Origin: a virus
Taxonomy: Duplodnaviria; Heunggongvirae; Uroviricota; Caudoviricetes
Virus record (IMG/VR): IMGVR_UViG_2529293144_000007
Length of the DNA stretch: 42,671 nt
Reading direction: 5' to 3' (one strand)
Part shown: positions 32,407 to 40,969 of the stretch, one piece after another
Position numbering within the stretch: position 1 is the first letter of the stretch
Layout: every line of letters begins with the position of its first letter
Program-made: the position numbers and the translations under genes
The notes under the pieces: generated by a model
Told to the model about the DNA's origin: nothing
Databases searched by the model: none
What the model saw: only the letters and a program-made list of their open reading frames with translations

Positions 32407-32434
32407 TTGACAATGTACCTTTGAGATACATAAT
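32407..32434 (+). promoter_or_regulatory. candidate sigma70 promoter (TTGACA-N16-CATAAT), possibly pL-like
   Basis: Consensus -35 and near-consensus -10 seen directly after the terminator; flanked by direct AATGTACC repeats. Confidence 0.35.
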
Positions 32435-32774
32435 GTACCCAAGCGAAACAACGAACAGGCAGGACGCCCACGAAGTAGCCGCCTGGGGCATATGAAGTCC
32501 AGGATGATTCGTTAGCAACAAAAAAGCGCCCTATAGGACGCTTCGCTCTTTAACAATCTGGAGATCCCCAACACTTAACGGGATTTTGGCTTCGGTTCTG
32601 GCGGTGAAGGACGAGGTTTTAAGGGTATATGATCCTCTTTCCATGTATATATAAATGCATTCATTTGGTCATCTCAATATAGAATCCATTATTAATTCAT
32701 ACTCATAAAGCCTGTGTGACTTTGGTGATGGTGGTCTGGGCTTTGGAGGTACATGGTTAGGGATTATGGGAATT

Positions 32775-33254
32775 CTATTTGTCATTATTACACCTTTTTG
32801 ACCGAGGCAAATCTCCAGCAAACCATGCGATAACGCTATGCATGAATGATATTTCTGACTCATCAACACGTCCCAGCGCAATACAGGTCCGTTTGAACGC
32901 AGCATCTTGTAAAGATCTCCATGGATTACTATCAGCGTCTTGAACCTTTAAAAACCGAGTGCGTAGTTCGTCATCAGAAAGGGAGGAAAACTCAACAATC
33001 AACCTTTTATACTGTCGCATCTGTTCCTTTGATAAGCCAGCTTCCTGCCCAAATTGGTATACCAATTGAAGCACCGACAAAATAGCTACAGATGCGCCAA
33101 AAATAAACATATTGCTATATGGCGCAAAAACAGAAAAGCCCAAGACAATGAGAACAAGAGTTATGCTCTTGTCTATCCGATTTAAAAGGGTGTAATTCAT
33201 TTTCTCAAGAAAGAAAGAATAATGAATATCGAATGCTAGATCGTCTCGAGTCAT
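32775..33254 (-). CDS. hypothetical small membrane protein (2 TM) in the immunity region
   Basis: 159-aa AT-rich ORF with hydrophobic segments ITLVLIVLGFSVFAPY and FIFGASVAILSVLQLVY; weak RBS. Confidence 0.45.
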   Translation of the reverse strand: MTRDDLAFDIHYSFFLEKMNYTLLNRIDKSITLVLIVLGFSVFAPYSNMFIFGASVAILSVLQLVYQFGQEAGLSKEQMRQYKRLIVEFSSLSDDELRTRFLKVQDADSNPWRSLQDAAFKRTCIALGRVDESEISFMHSVIAWFAGDLPRSKRCNNDK

Positions 33255-33634
33255 CTCTATTCCCTTACATTTCAGGTTTCGGCTCAGGGATCGGTGCTGG
33301 TCTCTGATTTACCGGAACATGAAATTTTTCATTGCTATCTACGTACATATTTCCTTCCTACCTGTTGTTGGGATATCCAGATTATACCGAATCCTTGTTG
33401 TTGGGGAATAACCAAGTCCACCTCGCCTGATGTGGCTAAAAGCAGGCACATAACAGCTAAGTATTTTCAACCAGAGAGAATCCTTAGCGTTGTGGTGAAT
33501 GCGGCTCAGCGCACGCGGGTTAAGGTTGAGGCTGACAGTCGACCTTCTGTGGATACCCACCCGTCTGGTGTACAACCTTCGCCAGGCACCGGGAGGCACC
33601 CGGCACCACAACTTTATGCTGTGTGTTGTCTTGG

Positions 33635-33680
33635 CGGTACCAGCTTGTACCCTTGCTTCCGGCTGGTACCGTCCTTTTTA
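33635..33680 (+). terminator. terminator-like hairpin in the early-left leader
   Basis: Perfect 10-bp inverted repeat CGGTACCAGC / GCTGGTACCG with a 17-nt loop (containing CTTGTACC), followed by TCCTTTTTAC. Confidence 0.45.
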
Positions 33681-33892
33681 CAAAACAGAGAAGAGCATCA
33701 TCGGACGACGGGCTCATAACCCAATCCATCCGGGCGGCTGCCACCGCAGGTGTTCTTCTCTGTTTTGTGGAGAAACTAACCGCCCCTACGGGGGCATTTA
33801 TGGAAATGTAATTGACTCAATAATCGACGGACGGTGAGGGCTTCCTTTTACCCGAATTCAGCGCGGTGCAGCGCATATACGTGGAGAACAAA

Positions 33893-34429
33893 ATGTCATT
33901 TATTAAAACTTTTTCCGGGAAGCATTTTTATTATGACAGGATAAATAAAGACGACATCGTTATTAACGATATCGCAGTTTCCCTTTCAAATATCTGTCGC
34001 TTTGCAGGACATCTTTCACACTTCTACAGCGTCGCCCAACATGCGGTGCTTTGCAGCCAGCTGGTACCGCAGGAATTTGCTTTTGAAGCGTTAATGCATG
34101 ATGCAACAGAAGCGTATTGCCAGGACATCCCGGCTCCACTGAAACGCCTTCTTCCTGACTATAAACGGATGGAAGAAAAAATAGACGCCGTAATCCGTGA
34201 GAAATACGGGTTACCCCCGGTTATGAGTACACCCGTGAAATATGCCGATCTCATCATGCTGGCAACCGAACGCCGCGATCTCGGGCTTGATGATGGCTCT
34301 TTCTGGCCTGTGCTGGAAGGTATCCCGGCAACAGAGATGTTCAACGTGATTCCACTGGCTCCAGGCTATGCCTACGGGATGTTTATGGAACGCTTTAACG
34401 AATTATCGGAGTTACGCAAATGCGCATGA
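33893..34429 (+). CDS. HD-domain phosphohydrolase
   Basis: HD motif (LMHDATEAY) and upstream His; start at MSFIKTF with GGAGAA RBS. Confidence 0.7.
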   Translation: MSFIKTFSGKHFYYDRINKDDIVINDIAVSLSNICRFAGHLSHFYSVAQHAVLCSQLVPQEFAFEALMHDATEAYCQDIPAPLKRLLPDYKRMEEKIDAVIREKYGLPPVMSTPVKYADLIMLATERRDLGLDDGSFWPVLEGIPATEMFNVIPLAPGYAYGMFMERFNELSELRKCA

Positions 34430-34782
34430 ATGTTTTCGAAATGGAAGGGTTTCTTCGCGGGAAATGTGTACCGCGAGATCTGAAAGTGAACGAAACAAAT
34501 GCTGAGTACCTGGTACGTAAATTCGACGCGCTTGAAGCTAAATGTGCGGCACTGGAAAGCAAAATAATACCAGTGTCAGCTGAACTGCCTCCAGCAAATG
34601 AAAGTGTTCTGTTATTTGATGCTAACGGAGAAGGCTGGCTGATTGGCTGGCGTTCTCTCTGGTACACCTGGGGACAAAAAGAAACCGGAGAATGGCAGTG
34701 GACATTTCAGGTCGGGGACCTTGAAAACGTCAATATCACTCACTGGGCAGTAATGCCGAAAGCACCAGAGACTAAGAAATGA
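34420..34782 (+). CDS. DUF551-like phage protein
   Basis: 120 aa with C-terminal ITHWAVMP motif; overlaps the HD gene stop. Confidence 0.55.
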   Translation: MRMNVFEMEGFLRGKCVPRDLKVNETNAEYLVRKFDALEAKCAALESKIIPVSAELPPANESVLLFDANGEGWLIGWRSLWYTWGQKETGEWQWTFQVGDLENVNITHWAVMPKAPETKK

Positions 34783-34994
34783 GCGTGATAAAAACTCATA
34801 CAGGAATTGTTATCACCCGAGACGGTGAAAAGCGGATGAAATTACATTCCACTGAAACGTCCTGGGTTGCCGGACGTTGTGAATCCTACGACAAAAAGAC
34901 TGGTTACCGTTGGGGTGCACCTAACATGCGTCGCCGTCTGCTACTGGACAGCATCAGGCCAATAAAACAGGTAGCAACCAGGGAACAAAATTAA
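34779..34994 (+). CDS. hypothetical protein
   Basis: 71 aa; ATGA overlap with the upstream gene. Confidence 0.5.
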   Translation: MSVIKTHTGIVITRDGEKRMKLHSTETSWVAGRCESYDKKTGYRWGAPNMRRRLLLDSIRPIKQVATREQN

Positions 34995-35053
34995 TTATCA
35001 GGACTGGAATTTGGTATTACTGCCCGTGTGCAGCGGGCTAAGTGGAGAAACAT

Positions 35054-35260
35054 ATGCTGAACCTCGATTGTGTTCCAATCTCAACTTATTGCAAAGAAAC
35101 TGGCGAAACTCCTGAAGCAATAAACAAACGTGTACAGCGCGGTGTTTGGCGTGAAGGTGTTCAGGTTTTAAAGGTTGAAGGCGTTAAGGAGAGGTGGATT
35201 GATCTTAGTGAGGTTGCAAAATGGGCCAGACAAAACTGCTCAAACTACCGCGCGGCGTAA
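35054..35260 (+). CDS. excisionase-like DNA-binding protein (putative Xis)
   Basis: Small basic protein immediately upstream of and overlapping int; start at MLNLD with GGAGAAA RBS. Confidence 0.55.
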   Translation: MLNLDCVPISTYCKETGETPEAINKRVQRGVWREGVQVLKVEGVKERWIDLSEVAKWARQNCSNYRAA

Positions 35261-36396
35261 CAATCAGGAAACACCGCCAGGGCGAAACGATCAATATAAC
35301 TTTCACCTACAAAGGAGTTAAATGTCGTGAGCCTCTTTCCAATCTGGAAGTAACACCAAAGAACATTAAATACGCCGAGCGCACACTCGGCGAAATTCAT
35401 AATAAGATCGAAAGGGGAACATTCATTTATGCGGAATATTTTCCCCGTTCTGCTCGTTTGAAAATTTTTGGTAATGCTGTTGCAGGCAAAACGGTAAAAA
35501 TGTACCTGGACGAATACCTTGAAATCTGCGAAACGAGAAAACTCTCACCCTCAACGATTGGTGGTTATAAAAAATGCCGTAGTGCGTTAGCCTCACTCCA
35601 CATTTGCCCTGCAAGTGAATTAACACCAGCAATCCTGAAAGCGTGGATTCAAAGCCAGAAAACGACCTTAAAAACAATTCGCAACCAGTTATCTTTCCTG
35701 CGGTCAGCACTTGATGAAGCCGTAACCGATGGGGTACTTCAAATTAACCCCGTATCGTTGGTAACTGCTTCGCGCTACCAAAGTGATAAGTCAGAAGCAG
35801 AAAGCAGCTACGTGGTTGATCCGCTATCACCAGCAGAAGTTGATGCATTACTAGCAGCAGCCGGAAACAAACAATGGGAAAATCTGTTCCGGTTCGCCAT
35901 ACATACAGGCCTGCGTAGTTCTGAATTATGTGCCCTTCGTTGGCGTGATATCGATTTTGTAGGGAAAACTGCCCACGTTCAGAACGCCAGTGTAGTTGGC
36001 GTAATCAAGGGGACAAAAACAAAAGCCGGTACACGAAAAGTTGAACTGAATGAGGAAGCAATGGCAGCTCTGACAAATCAGAAACCGTTCACGTTCATGA
36101 AGGACGCTACTGTCTTTGAAGATCCAAAAACCAATAAGCCGTGGGCAAGTGCTGATGCAATTAGAAAAAAAGCATGGGTCCCGACATTGAGAAAGGCAGG
36201 TATTCGATACAGAAACCCATATCAGACTAGGCATACATTCGCCACCAGCCATATCAGCCGGGGAACAAACCTTTTCTGGCTTGCAGCTCAAATGGGGCAT
36301 AAAGGGCCAGAGATGCTTTTTAGACACTATGGTCGGTATTTGAAGGAATATGACAACAATACATCTTTAAATAAATTGAAAACAATTAATAAATAG
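35221..36396 (+). CDS. tyrosine integrase (lambda Int family)
   Basis: 391 aa with N-terminal arm-binding-like region and C-terminal catalytic signature (RHTFAT ... HKGPEMLFRHYGRY). Confidence 0.9.
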   Translation: MGQTKLLKLPRGVTIRKHRQGETINITFTYKGVKCREPLSNLEVTPKNIKYAERTLGEIHNKIERGTFIYAEYFPRSARLKIFGNAVAGKTVKMYLDEYLEICETRKLSPSTIGGYKKCRSALASLHICPASELTPAILKAWIQSQKTTLKTIRNQLSFLRSALDEAVTDGVLQINPVSLVTASRYQSDKSEAESSYVVDPLSPAEVDALLAAAGNKQWENLFRFAIHTGLRSSELCALRWRDIDFVGKTAHVQNASVVGVIKGTKTKAGTRKVELNEEAMAALTNQKPFTFMKDATVFEDPKTNKPWASADAIRKKAWVPTLRKAGIRYRNPYQTRHTFATSHISRGTNLFWLAAQMGHKGPEMLFRHYGRYLKEYDNNTSLNKLKTINK

Positions 36397-36403
36397 ATAA
36401 TAA

Positions 36404-36429
36404 TCCCCATCAGTAAATACTGATGGGGA
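36404..36429. other. perfect 11-bp-stem hairpin immediately after int
   Basis: TCCCCATCAGT-AAAT-ACTGATGGGGA; overlaps the start region of the next ORF. Confidence 0.4.
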
Positions 36430-36437
36430 CTGAAAAG

Positions 36438-37235
36438 ATGTCAGGTAACATGACTACAATATTATCTTGCTTTGCTGCTCTTGTTTCTGCTGCGACTGCT
36501 ATATACGCAATCAAACAGTCGAACTTACAAAGAAGATTGTCATATAAGCCACAACTTTATATTGAGGATTACCGTGACAAATACTTTGCTCCAACTACTA
36601 ATACCTTCGACCATGGTATAAATGGCAGACCTACCTTTAATCTCCATGAACTTTCAATAATAAACATTGGAAATGGCTCAGCTCAAAATATAAAATACAA
36701 ATGGGTATATAATTATAGCAATGCTTTAAAGGACATTTCATCTATCATTGAAAAACTGGGAGCCTCAAAAAACAATAAAATTAATTTATTCAATTATGAA
36801 GTCGTTGAGCATAAAAAAATAATCATTAACGATAAATGTTTTAACATCCATTTCAATTTCAACGAGAAATATATATTACCTCAACATCAAATAGAAGGTA
36901 ATTTAAAAAACACAATAATACACTTGCCAATTATATTAACAACTGTACTATATAACTTGATTAATCTTAGATTATTAGCGGGTGAGACATTAGAAAGCGT
37001 TCATGGTCCTAAGCTAGTTATTACATACCAAGATTCAGGCGGCGCTCTCATCACTGATCATTTTGAGAGTGAATTTATTCTCAAATCTTCCACACAAAAT
37101 ACAAGTCAGACCATACAAAACGTTAGAATGACATTTAGGAAATTGGACCGTCATTGGACACAGCAATCACATCAATGGAGCCGTAAAAGTCACGCAGAAA
37201 CTACTGAAGAAAAAGAAATCAATTATTTCAGTTAG
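36438..37235 (+). CDS. AT-rich cargo protein of unknown function with N-terminal TM anchor
   Basis: About 266 aa from MSGNMTTILSCFAALVSAATAIYAI; located between int and the att fragment. Confidence 0.6.
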   Translation: MSGNMTTILSCFAALVSAATAIYAIKQSNLQRRLSYKPQLYIEDYRDKYFAPTTNTFDHGINGRPTFNLHELSIINIGNGSAQNIKYKWVYNYSNALKDISSIIEKLGASKNNKINLFNYEVVEHKKIIINDKCFNIHFNFNEKYILPQHQIEGNLKNTIIHLPIILTTVLYNLINLRLLAGETLESVHGPKLVITYQDSGGALITDHFESEFILKSSTQNTSQTIQNVRMTFRKLDRHWTQQSHQWSRKSHAETTEEKEINYFS

Positions 37236-37242
37236 TTATAAC

Positions 37243-37279
37243 ATTTCGGACATGGGTTCAACTCCCGCCAGCTCCACCA
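37243..37279 (+). other. ssrA (tmRNA) 3'-end fragment, candidate att core / prophage junction
   Basis: ATTTCGGACATGGGTTCAACTCCCGCCAGCTCCACCA matches the last ~37 nt of E. coli tmRNA as recalled, with two mismatches; upstream sequence is unrelated to tmRNA. Confidence 0.75.
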
Positions 37280-37313
37280 CTTTTTAGTTGTTTGAAGTTC
37301 AATGAAGTCTACT

Positions 37314-37347
37314 AAGCCCACACAGCACAAGCTCTGCGGGCTTTTTT
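37314..37347 (+). terminator. terminator-like hairpin after the ssrA fragment
   Basis: AAGCCC...GGGCTT inverted repeat followed by TTTTTT. Confidence 0.5.
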
Positions 37348-37444
37348 ACGTCTATTGTCGTCCAGTGAGAATTGCTGAGAACTACGAGTTATGGCACCCT
37401 GAATGGGACCCACTAAGAAGGGTCCAAAAACCGAGGGTCCCAAA

Positions 37445-38674
37445 ATGGCAAAAATCGCTAAGAAGCTCACTGACACTGAAATCAAAAGCACCAAGCCAGC
37501 CGATAAAGAAATCAACTTGTTTGACGGTGATGGTCTGATTCTACGAATCGCTCCTTTGGCGAAAGGAGGCAAGAAAAATTGGTATTTCAGGTATGCAGTA
37601 CCAGTGAGCAAGAAAAGAACCAAAATGAGCCTTGGGACATATCCTCACCTTACCCTTGCAAGAGCCAGAGCCTTACGTGATGAATATCTCTCCTTTCTGG
37701 CAAATGGTGTTGATCCCCAAATCCATAACAACGATAAGGCGAAGGCATTAAAGAGTGCTACTGAGCACACTCTCCAAGCCGTAGCGCGGAAATGGTTAGA
37801 TGAGAAGGTAAAGACATCAGGTATCTCACAAGACCATGCAGCAGACATCTGGCGCAGCTTAGAGAGAAATGTCTTTCCCGGTCTGGGTAATGTCCCTATC
37901 AATGAGATCCGACCTAAGCTCTTAAAACAACACCTTGATCCTATTGAGCAACGAGGCGTATTGGAAACTCTACGCCGTATCATTTCACGTCTGAATGAAA
38001 TCTTCCGGTGGGCAGCTACTGAAGAACTTATTGAGTTCAACCCGGCTGACAACCTTGGTCAAAGATTCAGTAAACCAAAAAAGCAAAATATGCCTGCCCT
38101 TCCCCCAAGCGAATTGCCAAGGTTTATGGAATCTTTGACGAATGCGTCAATCCGGTTGGAAACACGTATGCTAATTGAATGGCAATTGTTGACATGGGTT
38201 CGTCCGGGTGAAGCCGTTCGCGCAAGGTGGTCTGATATTGATACAACCAACAGCATTTGGAACATTCCTGCTGATTTCATGAAAATGAAAAAGCTTCACA
38301 AAGTTCCTTTGAGTAAAGAAGCTTTGCGCATCCTTGAATTAATGAAATCAATAAGTGGGCATAGAGAATGGGTTTTCCCCAGCATAAAAGCGCCTCTTAA
38401 TCATATGCATGAACAAACAGCCAACGCAGCTATCATCCGAATGGGGTTCGGAGGCGAGCTTGTAGCTCACGGTATGCGTTCTATTGCACGAACAGCGGCA
38501 GAGGAGTCTGGTAAATTCAGAGCTGAAGTTCTTGAGGCAGCGCTTGCCCACTCGAAAAAAGATGAAATTATCGCAGCATACAATCGTGCAGAATATCTGA
38601 TAGAGCGACAGAGTTTGATGCAATGGTGGAGTGATTACGTTCAAGCTCAAAGATCAAATGCTCTGGTAGCCTAA
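37445..38674 (+). CDS. P4-type tyrosine integrase (IntA-like)
   Basis: N-terminus MAKIAKKLTDTEIKSTKPADKEINLFDGDGL typical of P4/CP4-57 integrases; C-terminal catalytic region (HGMRSIARTAA). Confidence 0.85.
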   Translation: MAKIAKKLTDTEIKSTKPADKEINLFDGDGLILRIAPLAKGGKKNWYFRYAVPVSKKRTKMSLGTYPHLTLARARALRDEYLSFLANGVDPQIHNNDKAKALKSATEHTLQAVARKWLDEKVKTSGISQDHAADIWRSLERNVFPGLGNVPINEIRPKLLKQHLDPIEQRGVLETLRRIISRLNEIFRWAATEELIEFNPADNLGQRFSKPKKQNMPALPPSELPRFMESLTNASIRLETRMLIEWQLLTWVRPGEAVRARWSDIDTTNSIWNIPADFMKMKKLHKVPLSKEALRILELMKSISGHREWVFPSIKAPLNHMHEQTANAAIIRMGFGGELVAHGMRSIARTAAEESGKFRAEVLEAALAHSKKDEIIAAYNRAEYLIERQSLMQWWSDYVQAQRSNALVA

Positions 38675-38712
38675 GTATCAGAATAGCTAATATAATCCTG
38701 AAGGTAAAGAAA

Positions 38713-39129
38713 ATGGAAACCCTATTCAAAGTTTTTGAAAAATTTAGTTCCAGACCACTTTTTTTTATTTTTTTCGGACTCTCACTTTGTGAATTTTTTC
38801 AGAAACAATCTGTTCTGATGAATCCATCAGCAGATAACATCGCGAAATTATTCGCAGCCATGATATTAGTTGTTTTTTTTACTTGGGGATTTGAATGGCT
38901 AATCTTCAAGTTCAATGTAAACCTTGAACCTCATGATCAAGGCGATATTGGACCAACAATTGGAACGGCTACTTTAGCTGTATACTTAGTTTATGCCTTT
39001 CACTTTCTCAGTGAAAATCCTGAAGCATTAAATTTAAAGTTATTAACTAACTCTGGCTTTATATACAGCACAACTCTATTATTATTCTCATTAGAATGCA
39101 TGAAGCTTAGAAGACTTAAACAAAAATAA
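38713..39129 (+). CDS. hypothetical polytopic membrane protein
   Basis: 138-aa AT-rich ORF with several hydrophobic segments. Confidence 0.5.
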   Translation: METLFKVFEKFSSRPLFFIFFGLSLCEFFQKQSVLMNPSADNIAKLFAAMILVVFFTWGFEWLIFKFNVNLEPHDQGDIGPTIGTATLAVYLVYAFHFLSENPEALNLKLLTNSGFIYSTTLLLFSLECMKLRRLKQK

Positions 39130-39352
39130 ACAACATCATTGTGATGATAAATATAAAATAGGCATGGCGAAAAAAAATCACCACGCCTAAAATATAATAA
39201 TTATGGTAGCATCATTGATACATAATAATCCACACCAATCCTTGAGCTATACTGAGACGCTATAGCCTGATATCTTTCTGCATAACCAGTTCTCAGTTGA
39301 GATTTAAGTTTGAGTCGGACAGGAACATTTTGCACGTTGCCATCCATATTAC

Positions 39353-40969
39353 TTAAAAACACGGCAGAAATAATATTTTTTCTTCGCCATCAACTGTTGT
39401 TCCATGATTCAACACCACCATATAATCAACAACAGGAAGCGTTTTATCCCCTTCGAAAATAGAGAGATATTTTCTTTGATTTTTATGCATTACATATATA
39501 TATTTCGAATGTTCAGCAAATGGCAATGCTTTACTCTGACTGGCGTTAAAAAGCTCCAGAACTTTAATGAGCCTGTGCGGACTTAATCTTACATGGTGAG
39601 GGTCGTTACACTGAGTAGGAACCAAATCACATGCCGCAGATACACATAAATACCATTTGTTCGACTCTGTATCAAAGAAAATAGTGCCAGTAGAAATATG
39701 ACCATCTTCAAAATTCTTTGAAGACAAATTCATATTTAAAGCATGATACATTTCGTGATAAGTATCATTATTTGATGGCAGATCCATTTTTGAAGAGCAA
39801 TATTGGAGCAATGCAGCAACTCCGCTGTTAGCGTATTCATTTGAATAGCTATCAAAAACACTTTTGATAAATTCATCCAGCGTATTATTATTTTTAAGTC
39901 TTTGATAAAGCTCTTCTGATAAATTACCAAATACAAAGTCAATATTTCTACATCTAATATCAGGCGAGTCTGATTTTAATATCTCATTTAACCACGCAGC
40001 TTGACCGTAATGATCGTTAGCCAAATGATTTACAAAAGATAAAGCCTCAGCTTCGATTGCATTCTGAATTTCAGATTTTATTAACTGATAATAAGATGGT
40101 TTCCATTCAATGAGAGAATCATTGAGAGTTTGCCAAATCCTATCTCCATCGTTTTCATGATCATCTTGAACCTTATGAAATAGGGAGACAAAGATATTAC
40201 CACATTGAATCCATTTTACTCCGCTTTCATCACCCCGAATGACATTGCCAGATGTGTTGCTAGAAATAATTGCATTTCTAGACACAGCATATTCTGCAAT
40301 CATTTTTGCAATGAAGTTTTTATCCTTTTGATCCTCCAACACAGCATCATCATGTATTAATCTTTTAATTCTTCTACAAGGCTTACTGTCTTTAATATAG
40401 GCTATTGTTTCATCTCTTGTGAGAGCTTTATTACCATTATCATTTAAGTTCGGTAATACAACGTCTTCCCAATAACTTTGGACATCTTCATTATCGTAGT
40501 CAATGATCAAGCTGTTGATATCCAGAGCACCTTTGAGAGTCGATGATATCTGCATCCAAACCGTTTCTAAATTCTCTCTAGTATATATTACAATCATTTT
40601 TAAATGATCGGAGTCTTTCAAATCTTGTAATAGTTTAAGTGTTTTATCAGGTGCATTATTATCAAGATGATAATCTACAATAATAAGATCTGATTTTCTA
40701 ATCCGATCCACATCGAAATTAACAGAACCATTGTCAACATCACAAATCATATTTTTAGATTGAAAAAAGCTCTCAAGAGTAGCGGCTCGTTTAGATGAGT
40801 CAATTTTGTTGTAGTCTAAATCAACTTCGTTATTCAACGCCCTGATTGATTCAGAATACGTCAGAAAATCGTCATCAATCATGACAACGGAACGAATTGC
40901 ATTTTCGCAGAAAGTTTTCTGGACAAGAGAATTATAATTTGCCACTGTCATATTAGAACTCCACTCCAT
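39353..40969 (-). CDS. receiver (REC)-domain protein with large uncharacterised C-terminal domain (putative effector)
   Basis: N-terminal REC-like signature: VVMIDDD acidic pair, DLIIVDYHL candidate phospho-Asp strand, MIVIYT; about 380 aa C-terminal region without recognised motifs. Confidence 0.6.
   Translation of the reverse strand: MEWSSNMTVANYNSLVQKTFCENAIRSVVMIDDDFLTYSESIRALNNEVDLDYNKIDSSKRAATLESFFQSKNMICDVDNGSVNFDVDRIRKSDLIIVDYHLDNNAPDKTLKLLQDLKDSDHLKMIVIYTRENLETVWMQISSTLKGALDINSLIIDYDNEDVQSYWEDVVLPNLNDNGNKALTRDETIAYIKDSKPCRRIKRLIHDDAVLEDQKDKNFIAKMIAEYAVSRNAIISSNTSGNVIRGDESGVKWIQCGNIFVSLFHKVQDDHENDGDRIWQTLNDSLIEWKPSYYQLIKSEIQNAIEAEALSFVNHLANDHYGQAAWLNEILKSDSPDIRCRNIDFVFGNLSEELYQRLKNNNTLDEFIKSVFDSYSNEYANSGVAALLQYCSSKMDLPSNNDTYHEMYHALNMNLSSKNFEDGHISTGTIFFDTESNKWYLCVSAACDLVPTQCNDPHHVRLSPHRLIKVLELFNASQSKALPFAEHSKYIYVMHKNQRKYLSIFEGDKTLPVVDYMVVLNHGTTVDGEEKILFLPCF

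Noticed and set aside
32669-32905. 78-aa minus-strand proline-rich ORF
   Set aside because: Overlaps the 3' end of the 32775..33254 ORF in another frame, with no RBS; treated as less likely than the longer ORF. A frameshift joining the two cannot be excluded.
33294-33837. Plus- and minus-strand ORFs of 62..141 aa (33294..33719 +, 33339..33611 -, 33499..33837 +, 33520..33744 -, 33623..33811 +)
   Set aside because: Five mutually overlapping frames in a GC-rich structured segment; more consistent with non-coding or RNA-structural sequence than with a protein gene.
37243-37279. Possible complete tmRNA or tRNA gene
   Set aside because: Only the 3'-terminal ~37 nt match tmRNA; the upstream sequence is an unrelated AT-rich ORF and the T-arm stem carries mismatches, so this is an att remnant. 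No tRNA-like T-loop consensus was found elsewhere in the window.
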